From Centroscyllium fabricii (taxonomy: Eukaryota), in contig JBNRSN020000011.1 of NCBI GenBank assembly GCA_051313645.2, positions 137,516,001-137,580,000 of the forward strand: 64,000 bases of DNA, given 5' to 3'. The stretch's first letter is position 1. Every line of letters begins with the position of its first letter. Position numbers and translations under genes: made by a program. The notes beneath the pieces are model-generated. The model saw only the letters and a list, made by a program, of their open reading frames with translations. It did no database searches and was not told the origin of the DNA. This document shows positions 1 to 13,294 of the stretch, piece by piece.

Positions 1-154
1 GACACTGGGCTTTTATCTCAGGGAGCTGAGTTTAAATCCAGCCCAGACTGACGACTGAAAAATCTCCTTTGCCGGCTGTCTGCAAGTATCCAACAAAATG
101 AAGACAGTTTTACTCTAGTTCCTTGTGCCTATATACAAAACTGCCCCTAATTTA

Positions 155-227
155 AAAAGTCACACAACACCAGTCCAACAGTTTTATTTGAAATCACAAG
201 CTTTCGGAGCGTTGCTCCTTCATCAGG
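155..227 (-). mobile_element. ~73 bp PLE pseudo-LTR insertion carrying a minimal hammerhead
   Basis: Flanked by the 13 bp direct repeat TGCCCCTAATTTA (142-154 and 228-240). The same sequence family occurs at 25076-25636, 49116-49186 and 49287-49440. Confidence 0.75.
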
Positions 228-229
228 TG
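195..229 (-). ncRNA. Minimal type I hammerhead ribozyme (PLE type)
   Basis: Minus strand reads CAC-CTGATGA-A-GGAGC-AAC-GCTCC-GAAA-GC-TT-GTG: helix I CAC/GTG, intact CUGAUGA and GAAA core, 5 bp helix II, palindromic AAGCTT in place of helix III. Confidence 0.75.
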
Positions 230-270
230 CCCCTAATTTAGCATTGATTGTCTTAAAGAGGGCATGCAGG

Positions 271-654
271 ATAGAAACATAGAAACTAGGAGCAGGAGTA
301 GGCCATTCGGCCCTTCGAGCCTGCTCCGCCATTCAATGAGATCATGGCTGATCATCCAAACCCAGCACCCCGCCCCTGCCCTCTCCCCATATCCCTCGAT
401 CCCTATCTGACATATATCCCACACTATCCCCACATATTCAATCCCCCTAACACTAAGGGTCAATTTATCCTGGCCAATCAACTTAACCCGCACATCTTTG
501 GACTGTGGGAGGAAACCGGAGCACCCGGAGGAAACCCACGCAGACACGGGGAGAATGTGCAAACTCCACACAGATAGTACCCGAGGCTGGATTTGAACCC
601 GGGTCTCCAGTGCTGTGAGACAACAATGTTAACCACTGTGCCACCATGCCACCC
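271..654 (-). mobile_element. V-SINE (HE1-like), full length
   Basis: tRNA-like head (A box TGGCACAGTGG, B box GGTTCAAATCC), V-domain CTCCCCGTGTCTGCGTGGGTTTCCTCCGGGTGCTCCGGTTTCCTCCCACAG, CR1-derived tail ending in (CTATGTTT)n. Confidence 0.9.
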
Positions 655-1719
655 ATGTGGGAAATGGGATGGCTTGTGTGGGAAATTAAAAAAATGTCAC
701 ATTGGTTCATTTGGGGATGGTCTTTTAGGGTTAAGTCATGTTGGTAGCGCAGAGTAGAGGAAACTTTCCTCTGCATCTATCTGTATTACAGCTGGCCTGG
801 GAGTACTTGATGCCGATACTGGGTGCCTGAAATGAGAAAAGTTCCATTCTCCAGCACTAACATTCCTCACCTTGAGCACAAATAGTTCAATACTTAGATC
901 AGGTGGGCATTTATTTGGAGCTAACTGTATGCTTCTCAACAAAGGGGCAATTGACCCTCATGCAAAGTTTAGTCAATGCCTTAAACAAGTTCTGGTCAAT
1001 AGTTGGTAGATTGCACCTGTTAACGTATATATAATTTCCATTTATTCATGTTATGTTAGGTTTGTATATTAGAATTAGAATACTAGCAGTAGTTGAGAAC
1101 TGCAGCACATCATAGATTGGAACAGACATTCATCTGTTTTTACAAGGTTTTGAACCAGATCTATTATCAAGAGATGCTTACTGTACAACGCAGGCAGTTA
1201 TACAAAAGTCGTGATTGATGAATATTCAAATATCAAACAGACTTGCATTGAAATAAAATGCTTAATGGGGAGCTATTTTTATATTCGCGTGTAGGTCATC
1301 TGGGTTTTCATGTGTGTCATTTTTAAGGAGCATTTATGCTGCAAAGTTAGCATCAGTGCAAAGGGATTTCAGCTTTGCATCAAACAAAATTGGAAATTTA
1401 AATCTGGAGTGAGGACCTGACCTGCCTCTGGAGTAAAGCAGAGTGAGACTCCCTGGAGGGGCTGCCTCACATTGCTTAAGGTCTGACACTGTGTGGAGTG
1501 TAAATCCAGTGCAGTGTCAAACCTGGTTTACAAAGTGCTCAGTGGGTCTGTTGTGCCCCATGGACACTTTATTAACCTAGCCAATCTTCATTTAAATGTA
1601 TGGAGGGCTGGCATTCCCCCTCCCCATGCTCTAAATATTTAAATGTTTAACTTTTGGGAGACAGCTCTGGTGTGGTTGTATTCAGGCACATGCACAGCTC
1701 TCTCCTAAACAGGACACTT

Positions 1720-2460
1720 AGGGGGAGAAATTCGATGGGTTAGCGCCTCCTGTTAACGCCCTTGGGGGTGGGGAATAGTGGGGCACTGGGGAATAATGGG
1801 GCGCTAACGACTTACCACCCAGGCACGGCGAGATGAACGACTCCCACTAACTTGGCCAGGAGGTTTGCGGCGGTGTTAACAGTTTGCAACACGATCGCCT
1901 GTGCCCAAAGATCGTGACATCATTGCCATACGCATCGCCCCGATAGTGCCCTGGACCCGAACTATGGTTCCGCCCCCTGCAGCATCGCTGAGCGAAAACA
2001 CCGACAGCTGCAGGAGGGGCTATTCAGGAGGCTGGGCTCATCAGGGGCGGAGGTTAAAGGGGATGTTGCTGAGCTAAGTAGGAAAATTTCTAAGCTGCTT
2101 TTTTTCCCCCAATTTTTTTTCAGTTCTCCTGGGCTGCGATTGATCAGCCCGGTACTCTGCTGGAGTTCATGGGGCTGATCGAGCTGGATCACGGCCACCG
2201 TCGGGGACCAGCTAACTGGTCCCAATGCAGAGCCTGCAGCGGTGGCCCTTCCTTTAAGGGAGGGAAGGAGCCTCGGATTATGGCAGTTGCACCACGACCA
2301 CCCCGCCTGCGTCCTTTAATGCTCCAGGAAAGAAGTGGTATGCTTGATTTAGCACTCCACTTCTTTCCTGGAGCGCAAACACCGAATTTAGAAAAAGCTG
2401 GGAATCATTAGTTCCTGGCACTAAGTTTCTGATTAGTTTTGTTGGGAAGGAGAGGGAGGT
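1720..2460. mobile_element. Degenerate GC/CpG-rich non-autonomous DNA element (Harbinger-like MITE fragment)
   Basis: Starts GGGGGAGAAATTC, similar to the GGCCCAGAAATT termini elsewhere in the window. Other end not found; CR1 follows directly. Confidence 0.4.
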
Positions 2461-2461
2461 C

Positions 2462-3225
2462 ACTCATTACTTGGAGGGTGCGTGTCTAGGTGGGGTAGAG
2501 GAACAAAGGGATCTCGGAGTACAAATACACAAATCACTAAAAGTTGCAACACAGGTTAGCAAGGCCATAAAAAAGCAAACCAAGCACTAGAGTTTATTTC
2601 TAGAGGGATAGAATTGAAAAGTAGGGAAGTTATGCTAAACCTGTATTGAACCTTGGTTAGACCACACTTAGAGTACTGCGTACAGTTCTGGTCACCGTAT
2701 TATAAAAAGGATAGAGAGGCACTGGAGAGGGTGCAGAGAAGATTTACAAGGATGATACAAGAAATGCAAGGTTATACCTATCAGGGAAGGATGAACAGGC
2801 TGGGTCTCTTTTCTCTTGAATAAAGAAGGCTGAGGAGTGACCTAATAGAGGTCTTTAAAATTATGAAAAATTTTGATACAGTAGATTCAGAGAGAATGTT
2901 TCCACTTGTGGGGAAGAGCATAGCTAGAGGCCATCAATATAAGATGGTCACCAAGAAATCCAATCGGTAATTCAGAAGAAACTTCTTTACCCAGAGAGTG
3001 GTGAGAATGTGGAACTCGCTACCACAGGGAGTGGTTGAAGCGAATAGTATCGATCCATTTAAGGGGAGGCTAGACAACCATATGAGGGGGAAGGGAATAG
3101 AGGGTGATGCCGATAGATTTAGATGAGGAAAGACGGGAGGAGGCTCAAGTGGAGCATAAACACCGGCATGGACTGGTTGGGCCGAATGGCCTGTTTCTGT
3201 GCCGTATATCCTATGTAATCCTATC
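2462..3225 (+). mobile_element. CR1 LINE 3' fragment (ORF2 C-terminus and tail)
   Basis: Decayed motifs [42 protein letters not shown]; tail GGGCCGAATGGCCTG...CTATGTAATCCTAT. Confidence 0.9.
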
Positions 3226-5351
3226 ATTTTATTATTTAATAAAGAGGCATAACGGAAGATATGAATTTTCTGGTGCTCATCGTAATTCAGTTCAGTCTTG
3301 AAACCATGAGTTGGAAAGTCAGTAATAGGAATAAAATTGGTAGCTTTGATGTTTAAAATCACAAATCACTGTTTAAACAGGCTTCTAAACACCTGGAGGC
3401 TGGGGCGGGGGGACTTCGTTTTGTTTTTAAAAAGTGTCTTCACTTTATTTTCCTTGTAATATTTTGTAAGTCTGCAGTACAAAAATAGACTGCAGAAGCA
3501 ACAGTTGAAATCTCTGCAATATTATTGATGGGAATTTGCTTGGATGTGATATCCATTTGTTCAGGTGTACATCACCTTAAAACGACAAATTATCTTATGA
3601 CCTGGTAGTATTTACCAGCCTGGAGGAGTGGCCACACACAAATATATACATTTTGAATAAAAGTTCTTTGTATAAAGTTTAAATATTTAATGTTCAAAAT
3701 CCTGAAATGATACATTACTCAGTCATACTGGCCTACTTCTGGGCCAAATGACCTCCTCCTGTGCTGTATTTTTATTATTCTATAGAAGTTGCAACTGACA
3801 CTATTCTAATGTCATTAATATAAATTATGCATCCTGGAGATGATAAGACGATCGATTCCAGTAGGGGTGGGCCCATAGCAATAATACTCCCTCTAATTTG
3901 CACGAATTGGAACTAAATTTTCAATTTTGCTACAAAGGACAAAAACATTTCTAGTGTAGGAAATTGAAAAGTTTCACTTATGCAGCGGAGTATGCTCTTT
4001 TGCAATTTGGGCTGATACCCGTTATTGAGGCTGAGTAGAGATTTATTGTCCACATAACCACATTGACTGAGGATTGCTTGGTGCTGGTGTTGGGTGCCCA
4101 AAAACGGAAACTGTTTCATTTTAAGGCACTGACAAGCTCACCTTAATGAGCACACAAGACATATCATGATTGGGCAGTTATGGATATTTCCAGCACTGTA
4201 AAATAATTGTTAACATAAGGATACATTTTATGAATGAGTACTCCTGGCACAGACCCTCACCTGCCGGGAGTGCATATTGGGAAATCACGGATGCATGCCT
4301 ATGATTTCCCATTCGTAAAATGTACTCTATGGTCTTAAAAACTGACATCAGATAAGCATTTGGTATCAGGAAGGCAGTCTCATGCCACTTCTGTTTCAAA
4401 CAGTTTAACTGCAACTGGTGCAAAGGCAATTTTCTAAACTTCAATTTTAAAGTTTAAAAAGTGCCCAGCCAGTCCATTAGACTGCCCTTAAAATCAAGTT
4501 GTTAGTGAAGAATCAACAGTTCAGTTGTGTCTTTACAAGTCAGTTATATTTCAGTTTGCATCCATACAAAGCAGTTTTGGTTTCACATTGATGTGAACTG
4601 TGCAGTATAATGAAGTTAATCAGATTGTATTCTGGCAAGCTGTGTGAAGTCACTTTGGAGAGATGATCTCGCACCATTTTGGGGGATCATTGGGAACTTC
4701 TAACCTTCATTTTCAAACAGCTCAATGTTCACAAAGAACTGACTGTCCCGTTGACATTAAAACTTGAACTAGTGTTTGCACACTGTTGGACAGAGCTCTG
4801 CACGGACTCCACTTCGCCTTGCGGAAGAATGGTGCAGAGTAGGAAGAATAACTCAAACCTGTACTATAACAGTGCCATTACTAACCGTAAATACTTCACT
4901 GGCATTCAAGCACTGGCAAGCACAATGCATGTGGTAGATGTATGTGTACAGTTCCGCTTTCCCCTGATTTCAAGCTGACTTTACTTTGCAGCTGTAACAT
5001 TGAGGTGAAGAACTTTTGCTTTTTACTAAAGTTAACATTATAGTGTAAATCTGGAATCAGCATGGCCTGACTCGAGCATGTGAAGAGAAGAATCATGGAG
5101 GAACGAGTCTTATTCTGTTTCACCCCAGAGTCAGGTCAGGCCCTGATTCTGAATTAGAACACCACTTCTTCGTGTTTGTGTAGTGTTTCTATAGGTGTAG
5201 TGTCATTGCAACCTTACAGCAGTGCAGAATGAAGTGTATTAACAGTAGGTGTATTTGTAACATTCATCAGATATATTTTAGTACAATGAATATGGAAAAT
5301 AATGGATAGAAGAATCATTTGACACCAACATAGGTACCAGACCATCATATT

Positions 5352-5577
5352 GGGCCAGAAATTCTGTGCTCCGATTGGCTCCCCGCGGACCACGTGATCC
5401 CGCAGGCAGCTTCGCACTAACTGCGACGCTCAGATGCAGCGGCACAGCACACTGGCATTTCAGGAGGGCCCCGCATCGGAATTCCATGTGGGTGGAATGG
5501 AGAACGTCCGGCGCGGTCCGTAAGTGTGGGTTGGAGGCTTGCACTCGCGGGAAGCCTCCAACCCGAATTTCTGGCTG
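5352..5577. mobile_element. Short internally deleted Harbinger-like MITE
   Basis: TIRs GCCAGAAATTC / GAATTTCTGGC. Body is homologous to 46843-47055 and, inverted, to 63332-63545. Confidence 0.75.
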
Positions 5578-8084
5578 TCACATGTATATCTCTATGTACT
5601 AGCATGCAACCAACTAATTTATTACAAATGCATCCCACTATAGACTCACTATACTTGCACTAAACCACTGTATGTATTACCCATGAAACAATAAAGTATA
5701 GACTGGCATTAGCCAACCTATTCAACAGACCCTTTTCTCCAAATGTAGTTTGCTCTGGGAATTATTAAGATAGACATGAACAAATAAGAAGTCCACTATT
5801 TCTATAAACGATCCACCAGGTGCTTTTGGGCCTAGTTGTCCTATCATTTCATCTTTTTTGTCCTTCTTTAAATGGAATGTGATCTGCAAAGTGATAAACT
5901 ATAGTGCTGGTTTCACTGATTCAGATTTGAAATTGAGTTCATATTAAGAACATTTTAATTCACCATTCCTTTTTTTTATTAGTGAATCCTGGAAAAGTAC
6001 CAATATTTTCCTAAACTGTCTCTGAAAGGTACTCACCAGTCTTTTTGAATATTGCTCTTTCTGTAATTGAGATCAAGAGCAGCTGTAATGTCTCACTTAC
6101 ATGGGTGAACTCTGTCAAGTGTTAGGTTAATAGGAACAAAAAAAGCTGAGCTGGAATTTCAGAGAAGCCAGTCCACAAAGAACACTTCCATAGCTTTCTA
6201 ATGGGACAGATATACTGCACATCTTGAGTAGGTGTGAATAAGTTTTCATATCATACTGATGTAAAACAAGTGGTACAAGTGGTACAACTGTAGCGTAACG
6301 GTGCTGATTTGATGTTGTGTTTTTCTAGAGGAGTTGGTCTTCCACCATTTCAGTTTTCAATTGGTTGCAATCGAATTAAAATCAGTGCAGAACCGAATTT
6401 TGAAATGTTTTAGGTGGCCCTCTGAGCTTTAAGGAATCAGTTCCATTACATGTATTAGTTTGAAATCACTACATGCTTGATTGCACACCAGCTAGATAGA
6501 TCAGAGTTATACTGCCACTCAGCTCTGTTGCACTTTTTAAGCAATAGTAAAGCTGTTATCGAGCTCCAGAATGCCCCATCCCATCAAACGATGCACACAC
6601 ATATGAATGTTTATTCATTCATACACATATCCTGCAAAAGTAAATTGAAAGTCTGTCTGAATTTGCATAAAAAGCAGTGGATTCTATAATCAGCAACTGG
6701 ATTCTGTGAGGAGAAAGAAAATCTTTAAATTGTTTCTAGTGCTTCTGGCACCATCCAACAGCCTGCTGTATAGCTAAACTCAGTCAGGCCAGAAATATAC
6801 TGCTGCTTGCACATTGAAAAATAAATGTGAAGCCCTGATTGGAAGGAGATTTGCACCTTCTGCTTTAATACACTCAGGACTCGGTATGTCAATATTTCCA
6901 TATTGTTATTTTTGCACCCTTGAAAACTGCTTTGCATCATTGAAAAGTGGCAGTATAACTGCAAGCGTGCTTAATATGACAAAAATAAATAAATGTCTTT
7001 TCTACTTTTAATCATCTCATTGGCAATTACAGGTCGGTGAACCGACCTTTGGCTTCACTGATTAGAGAGTGGTGTGATGAGGCAGAGTAATGCTGTGCTG
7101 TTTGCCAAGTTATTTCCAAACGTGGTGTTGGTATGATATTTTTGCCTTAATTTTTTCCCCTCATTTCCTGAAGACACCAATTCATGGATGGAAGATATGG
7201 AATCATGGGTACCAGCTGCCCTCCCATATCTTATCCTTACAGCCATTTTTCATGAGTGTGTCTGGACGGTGGGTGCCTGCAGGCTATTGAACATAGTGAG
7301 GGGGAGAGAATTGCAGCTCAGTCTGATCTCATCTTTCCTGAACAACCACAAATGCGCACTTTGCGGAAGTGCAAACAGGAGCTGGAACTTTGGCTGATTT
7401 CCCCCCTCTTTAGCCCAGGGTTGCTGAGGACAGCCAACACCATGATTGCCTTTACCATGGATTGAACCTGGGACCCCCCCTGGTGTGTATAGCCCACTTT
7501 CACATTAAGTAGTGCATTTCTAACTGAGCCAGTGCATATGCTCAGTATCAACAACATAATTGCATTCTTAGGTAATTACATTGGTTTCACAGCTATATAT
7601 GTGAACCAGTTAGCTAGTTACAGAAAGCCAGCATTCAAGATATTTCCAGGTTCACCACAGAGAATGACGTACTATTACATTGTCATGGTAACATGCCTCA
7701 TTATAGGTTATCAATAGGCAGGCATCACTATAGATTGATATTAGCTCAGCATACGTGTTCCACCTTATTGTGGGCAGGTATTTAATCATCGTGTTATTCA
7801 GAGTGACTCGGGATTAAAATGTTTATTATGTTCAGTGCTAGCTATAGACTGGCGCAAGTCTAATCTGTATCAAATATGCATCTAACCATAAACTGGCATA
7901 AGTCCAATTAACCTCACTGGAAATTAGCACTAGACTGACCTCACTTCACGGAGGACCCAATGTAGACTGACATTATAGGATAAATTCACCAGTTGCACAC
8001 TCCCAGCAGGGAGCCATATTTGAAGGGAGCGCAGATCAGCAAATCCATGCTATACTGTTGTAGGCCAAGCTCTAATTTTTACAT

Positions 8085-8875
8085 AGTACCTGGAACAGAA
8101 AAACAGGTAATTCGGCCCAAATGATCAATGATTCAGAAAGACTGGTGAGCATTTATACTCCATGCAAGTCTCCTCCCACTCTAATGACCTTTGCCCACAC
8201 TCTGCCCACCTCCCTCTATCCCCTTCTCCCCCATGTACGCACCAAGTCTCCCCTTAAATGTATGAATGCTATCTGTTCCAAATTCTCACCAGTGGCTGTT
8301 TAAAGACACTTCTTCCAAATTCTATAATGGCTCTGTTGGCAACGACCTTATATTTATGCTTCCTTGTTCTGGGCCCACCCACAAGTGGAAACAATTTCTC
8401 CATATCCACCCTATTAAACCCCTTTGTAATTTAAAAATAACCTCTATCAGCTCTCCTCTTAGTCTTCTCTTTCCCAGAGCATTGATCTGATCGTTGCATC
8501 CAATTCAATTCAATTCAAATTGCTTTATTGGCATGACAAGATACATCTTATGTTGCCAAAGCACAGAAAAAGGACATATACAATTGAACATACAAATGCA
8601 GAACTAGACAATTCAGGTAACATTTTGTTGCAAATCTTCTGTGCACTTTCTCCAGTGGTTCAGTATCCTTGTTGTGGCATGGAGACCAGAACTGCACACA
8701 GTACTCCAAGTGTGGTCTCACCAAAATCCTGTGTAAATTTAACATTACCTTCCTGCTTCAGCATTCTACTCCTCTAGAAATGGTCCCCTGTACATTTGTT
8801 TGCACTCGTTGTGGCCTTATCAACTTGCGTTGCTACTTTTAACTATTTCTGTATCTGCATTCCCAGATCTTTTCT
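8085..8875 (-). mobile_element. Old CR1 fragment with a nested (GAATT)n-tailed 3' end at ~8500-8565
   Basis: ORF 8548-8745 reads [16 protein letters not shown]...LEKVHRRF. The nested piece reads, on the minus strand, CATGCCAATAAAGCAATTTGAATTGAATTG. Confidence 0.75.
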
Positions 8876-9349
8876 ACGCTGCCTCATGTAGTTTCCACTG
8901 AAGAAAGTGGTCCAATTTGCACGCAGCTCCCGCTGGGCCCAGGTGATTGGTGAATTTTACACTGTGTGTAAGGCTGCATTAACACTGTCACATGTGTGTC
9001 AATGCATCAAGGCATAAGGAGACTAGCGAGCGCGTTAATGCCCCTGAGGTGGGAGGCCTCTCTTATCCACGGGGCGCTTTCACGCAGGTTTTAAGTCTCC
9101 AGAAAGTGCCGTATAGTTCCAGTCTGATGTACACGGGCTCAATACAGGCTGGCAATAGGCGAGCCTGTTTAACAGCCCCTGGTCTCCGCTCCCTCGGTTT
9201 GAAGAGCAGTACCGAGTGATGTTTGCTTCAAAGGGTGAGAGAACAGGAAGCCCGCTCTTGCTAGAACAGTTCCATCTGATGGCAGTGGGCAGCACAACTT
9301 TCCCCACTTGCCCTGATCTCGTTTCTTTCCCCTTTCTCTCTCTCTAAAT

Positions 9350-9680
9350 GGAACGTGACCTGCAGGGTGACAAAGTGTTTCGGCAACAGTGTTATCTATT
9401 ATTATCAAATTATCTGTTGGGGAAAAGGCCATTAATTATGAACCACGCGATTACAAAGAGGTAATTGGTATAATTATCTCCATCCTCTTTAATGTAGTGT
9501 GACTGATGCGTTTTTTTGTCGAATTTAATCAGGCGATTTGTTTCGTGTTAAGAGACATAAATCCGGTTAAACTCAAACTTTAATTGCATAATTACTGAAG
9601 GATATCTCTATCTCCTCCATTGATATTGATTCATTCTACCCATCCACCAGTAATCTCGTTCATGTACTCCTCATCCACAG
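9350..9680. promoter_or_regulatory. Candidate conserved non-coding enhancer
   Basis: Unique sequence dense in TAAT/ATTA homeodomain cores (CATTAATTATG, GGTAATTGG, TTTAATCAG, TTAATTGCATAATTA) in a repeat-free block. Conservation is inferred, not tested. Confidence 0.45.
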
Positions 9681-10889
9681 ATTCCCTGTTCTCTCTCTTT
9701 ACTCAGTATCGACGCATGGGTGTTCATTTTTTAAATTCAATATGGAAGTGTGTATATACATCCAGATTGTCACATTTATATAGATAACCCCCCCCCCCCC
9801 CCGTCAAGATTATACCGTGTATATTTGTGTCTTCAACTGCCATTATTGATTCAGTAAATCTGCATATAAATGGACGCCTTTCCCGTGCCTCCCCTGGGGC
9901 TTTTGGAGGCTGAGCATATTGACTATAATCTTGGACACTGAAATGCCGAACATCAGTGATGTCAAATAACCCTAATAGATTGTTAAAATGTTTCGGGACC
10001 TGCCCCACAGACTCAAGGCGCGACAGTAATTTAGACTAAGAGATTGCTCACACGGTGGACTTCCTTTAACATATAAATGTACCGCAGCAAACTAAAAGCA
10101 AATCGGGTCTCAGTGACAGACACATGCATTCCTCCGGGGTTAGAGTTGTACAAAGTTTAGTAAACTTCTATTATCACTTTGAGATGCAGTTGCAGACCTG
10201 CTTGTCTATGTTGGGGGGAAGGAAAGAGAAAGATAGAGAGAGTGGTTGGTAGAGACAGTGTCAAAGGAAGAGATGTCGCTAATGGACGAGAGAAAGGACT
10301 AGAAACAGAGACGAGGTAGAGAGATTATCAAAGGCGAAAAGATGATGAAGCTATGTACTTGTTAGCGCGTATAGGTATTGTTTTGACAACTGCTATCGCG
10401 GGAATTGTCTGAGACACAAATTGCCCGTGGAGGGGGGCCAGGCGCTGAGCGACTTCAATGCAAGAAGGGCACCATCCAAAAGTTCATTAATAATTATCAG
10501 CATCGGAACTAACCCGAATCATCTGCAGATAGCCAGCAAATACCCCGAATGAGACATCGAGTTTAGAGCCAACACAAATAGGGGTAGTTAGGCCCGGCAC
10601 ACTTAAGAAATCAAACAATAAATGTTTGTTAAATAAATTTTAAATTTAGGCCATATCTAAATCTGCATCAAATAGGTTTAACCCCCACCCCCATTTAAAA
10701 AAAATAAGATTCTGAAAGTGATGTTGACATTCCTTTGTAATATTCAGGATCGCACAAACTAAATGCCAACGGTACAATTTTTAATTGCATGTCTTTCTTT
10801 CTATTTTCCGAGTTTTTTTTCCCCATAACAACTTAGAAGGAAAACAAAGTTTCTATTTACTGCATTTTCTTCGTCAAGTTGCTCATCCC

Positions 10890-11820
10890 TTGGTTGGTAC
10901 AGTGTTAAAAGTTTGGCATGGCGGAGCTGCCGTAAGGGATCTTTGCTGCGGGACATGATTATATATTTATTACTATCATCTACATCTGCGGAGGCAAATC
11001 TAACGGCAGCGACGATCTGGAACCAAATATACAGTAATCCTAATCGAACTGCATAAATCAAAGCAAGCGAGGGAGAGATGGCGAGTAAGAGGGTGAGAGA
11101 GGACAGGAGAAATGCATGATTCTTTTTTAGATACGGCATCCGGCTTTGCAGCAGCCAGAGGATGCAACACTATACTTTCAAATGTTTGTAATCTTTTTGT
11201 CATTTTGGCATTAATTAGGTAATGTCCTTCACTCAATCACTGACTGGGTCTAAGTTTTTAAAACATATATTTTATTGGCGTGTTCATATTTACTTGAATT
11301 ATTTCCATAAACAATTAAATTTCCAATATTACTCGCACATTAATCGGCGCGCTTATTAATAATTTACAACAGAAGATAATAAAATCAACTTATCATATCA
11401 AAACCCACAAATACATTTAAATAGTTGCTATGCATTCCATGGGGTTTGTACTTATAATTGGAACATTGGCAACTTTAGTTTAAATAATTAAGTTGTGATA
11501 ATTAAATCTTTTTAGGGTAGCTTTAGGGCAGACAATATTCAAATGCACTAATTATAGTTAATTGAGATGTTTTCCCGCTGTCAAAGTGTGCTAAAGAGTA
11601 TATAATTGTGGGCCGTCGCTCCAAGTGAAATTGAAAGCAATTATATTCAGATATAAAATTAAAACCTCATGCAAAAAAATTAATTATTTCTTAATTGTTG
11701 TTAATTATTAAATAAAGTCAAATGGGCCTTGATTACATATTAGACAAATGCAAGCAAAACGCATAAGTTTAAAAATTGTGATTTATAGAACTGCACTTGA
11801 ATTAGATTAAATGCAGGACT
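10890..11820. promoter_or_regulatory. Candidate conserved non-coding enhancer cluster
   Basis: Many homeodomain cores (TAATCC, GCATTAATTAGG, TAATTA), a TCF-like ATCAAAG, retained CpGs and no repeats. Confidence 0.4.
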
Positions 11821-12216
11821 CTGGGATTTACCATTTATATGGGTTCACTCTGTTCCTTAAGTCTTTGTACATTGGGACGAAACTAATTATTTATGGACAC
11901 TTGCTAAACAGTTTAAAAAATTCATTGAAATGAGATTTACAGCGGCGCCCAGGAATGTTGATTACTTCGACAGAGGCGATTCCTAAACATTTACTTTGCT
12001 ACAAAGTAGGCCAGCATTCAGCAGTCACCTCTGCATCGGGATCATTGCCGTAGGGGCGAGTTTGGCAAGATTTATTAGATATTCCTTAAAATATGCATCC
12101 TGATCCCCATTTGGCTCAGGACCTAATAGAAGTGGAAATAGCTTTCGACTGCAGTGCGGTTCATTCATCATCCTCTCTGACACCAGGTTGATTCCCCCCC
12201 TCCCTTATTTGCTGAT

Positions 12217-12262
12217 CATATATATATATATATATAGATAGATAGATAGATAGATAGATAGA
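12217..12262. repeat. (TA)n(TAGA)n compound microsatellite
   Basis: Read directly from the sequence. Confidence 0.95.
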
Positions 12263-13050
12263 CTCAGAAGATACAGCACAGAGTTTACATACTTCTCTGA
12301 AAATCTGCTCCTTTCTCAATGTTATTTCTGTTGCAATGTTTCTTTTCAGATCCTGTGCACTCCTCGCCGTTTATTCACCTAGTTCCACGCCTTCATTTTG
12401 TTCTCTTTCTCCCCAGTGCCATATTTTTATGGCATACCTGTCCAACTATTTATATCTGCACGACTGCGAAGAACATTCCTGCTTTAGCCTATGCCTATCC
12501 GACTGTTATTTCCATTCTTATGAAGGCATAACGCACACAATATGTGTGTAGATGTATTAATGTATCATTACGCATCTATCAGCATATGCGCAGGCATTGT
12601 AAATATTTGCCATATGGACACAGACAGGCATACATCTAACACCATAAATATTTAATGAGTTTGTATCGATGTTTATTAAACTTACTCGGAGTTTTTTGCA
12701 TGCCTAATATATTTGCATACACATCTCTCAGTACCTATATTCTCTCTCTTTTCCCATACTATTGTCCCGCTGTAAGTACCTGTCAGTCAATCTGTGTATT
12801 TTTAAAAACTGTTTCTTTAACTTATTTTTCCTTTTAGATTTTTTTTTAAACATCGCGCTCGTCTCCGCAATACGCCAATTCTGAATGGTTTTACGCTTCA
12901 ACTTGATATCCCTCGCTCTATCTCCTCTTGACTTCAATCTATCTGTTTGCCCAACCTGTAACATATACAGCGCTGCTCTGTCTAACTATTGAACTGACAT
13001 ACAATGCCGGACCCCCTCCCCATACACACACGCAACCTCTCCCTATTACT

Positions 13051-13076
13051 TGTGTGTGTGTGTGTGTGTGTGTGTG
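13051..13076. repeat. (TG)n microsatellite
   Basis: Read directly from the sequence. Confidence 0.95.
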
Positions 13077-13294
13077 GTTGAGGGGGTCATTGTTTGACCA
13101 TCTTGAAAGTAAAACGCAGGTCTGTGTCCAACCAGAGCAGAGTTTACCAGATAATTAAATACTCAATTGGCAACAAAGATACTACAAATATACAGGATAA
13201 CGGTGAGTGCACTTTGAAGTGGGCCATGGCTCCTTCCATTCCAACTATGCCGTGCTTTCATGGCCAAATAATCTGATACATTATGATTAACAGC

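Larger units (their letters stand above)
1..850 (+). mobile_element. Old LF-SINE-like tRNA-derived SINE, interrupted by two younger insertions
   Basis: B-box-like GAGTTTAAATCCAGCCCAG, then GGCTGT...AAATGA...CTAGTTCCTTGTG...CAAAAC, and after the V-SINE AGGGTTAAGTCATGTTGG...GCAGAGTAGAGGAAACTT. These resemble the order of blocks I recall from the LF-SINE consensus. Matched by eye only. Confidence 0.45.

Noticed and set aside
344-577. Recurrent ORFs such as LSWPINLTRTSLDCGRKPEHPEETHADTGRMCKLHTDS (also 21998, 24119, 25286, 42827, 47557) as a gene family
   Set aside because: They are translations of the antisense strand of non-coding V-SINE copies.
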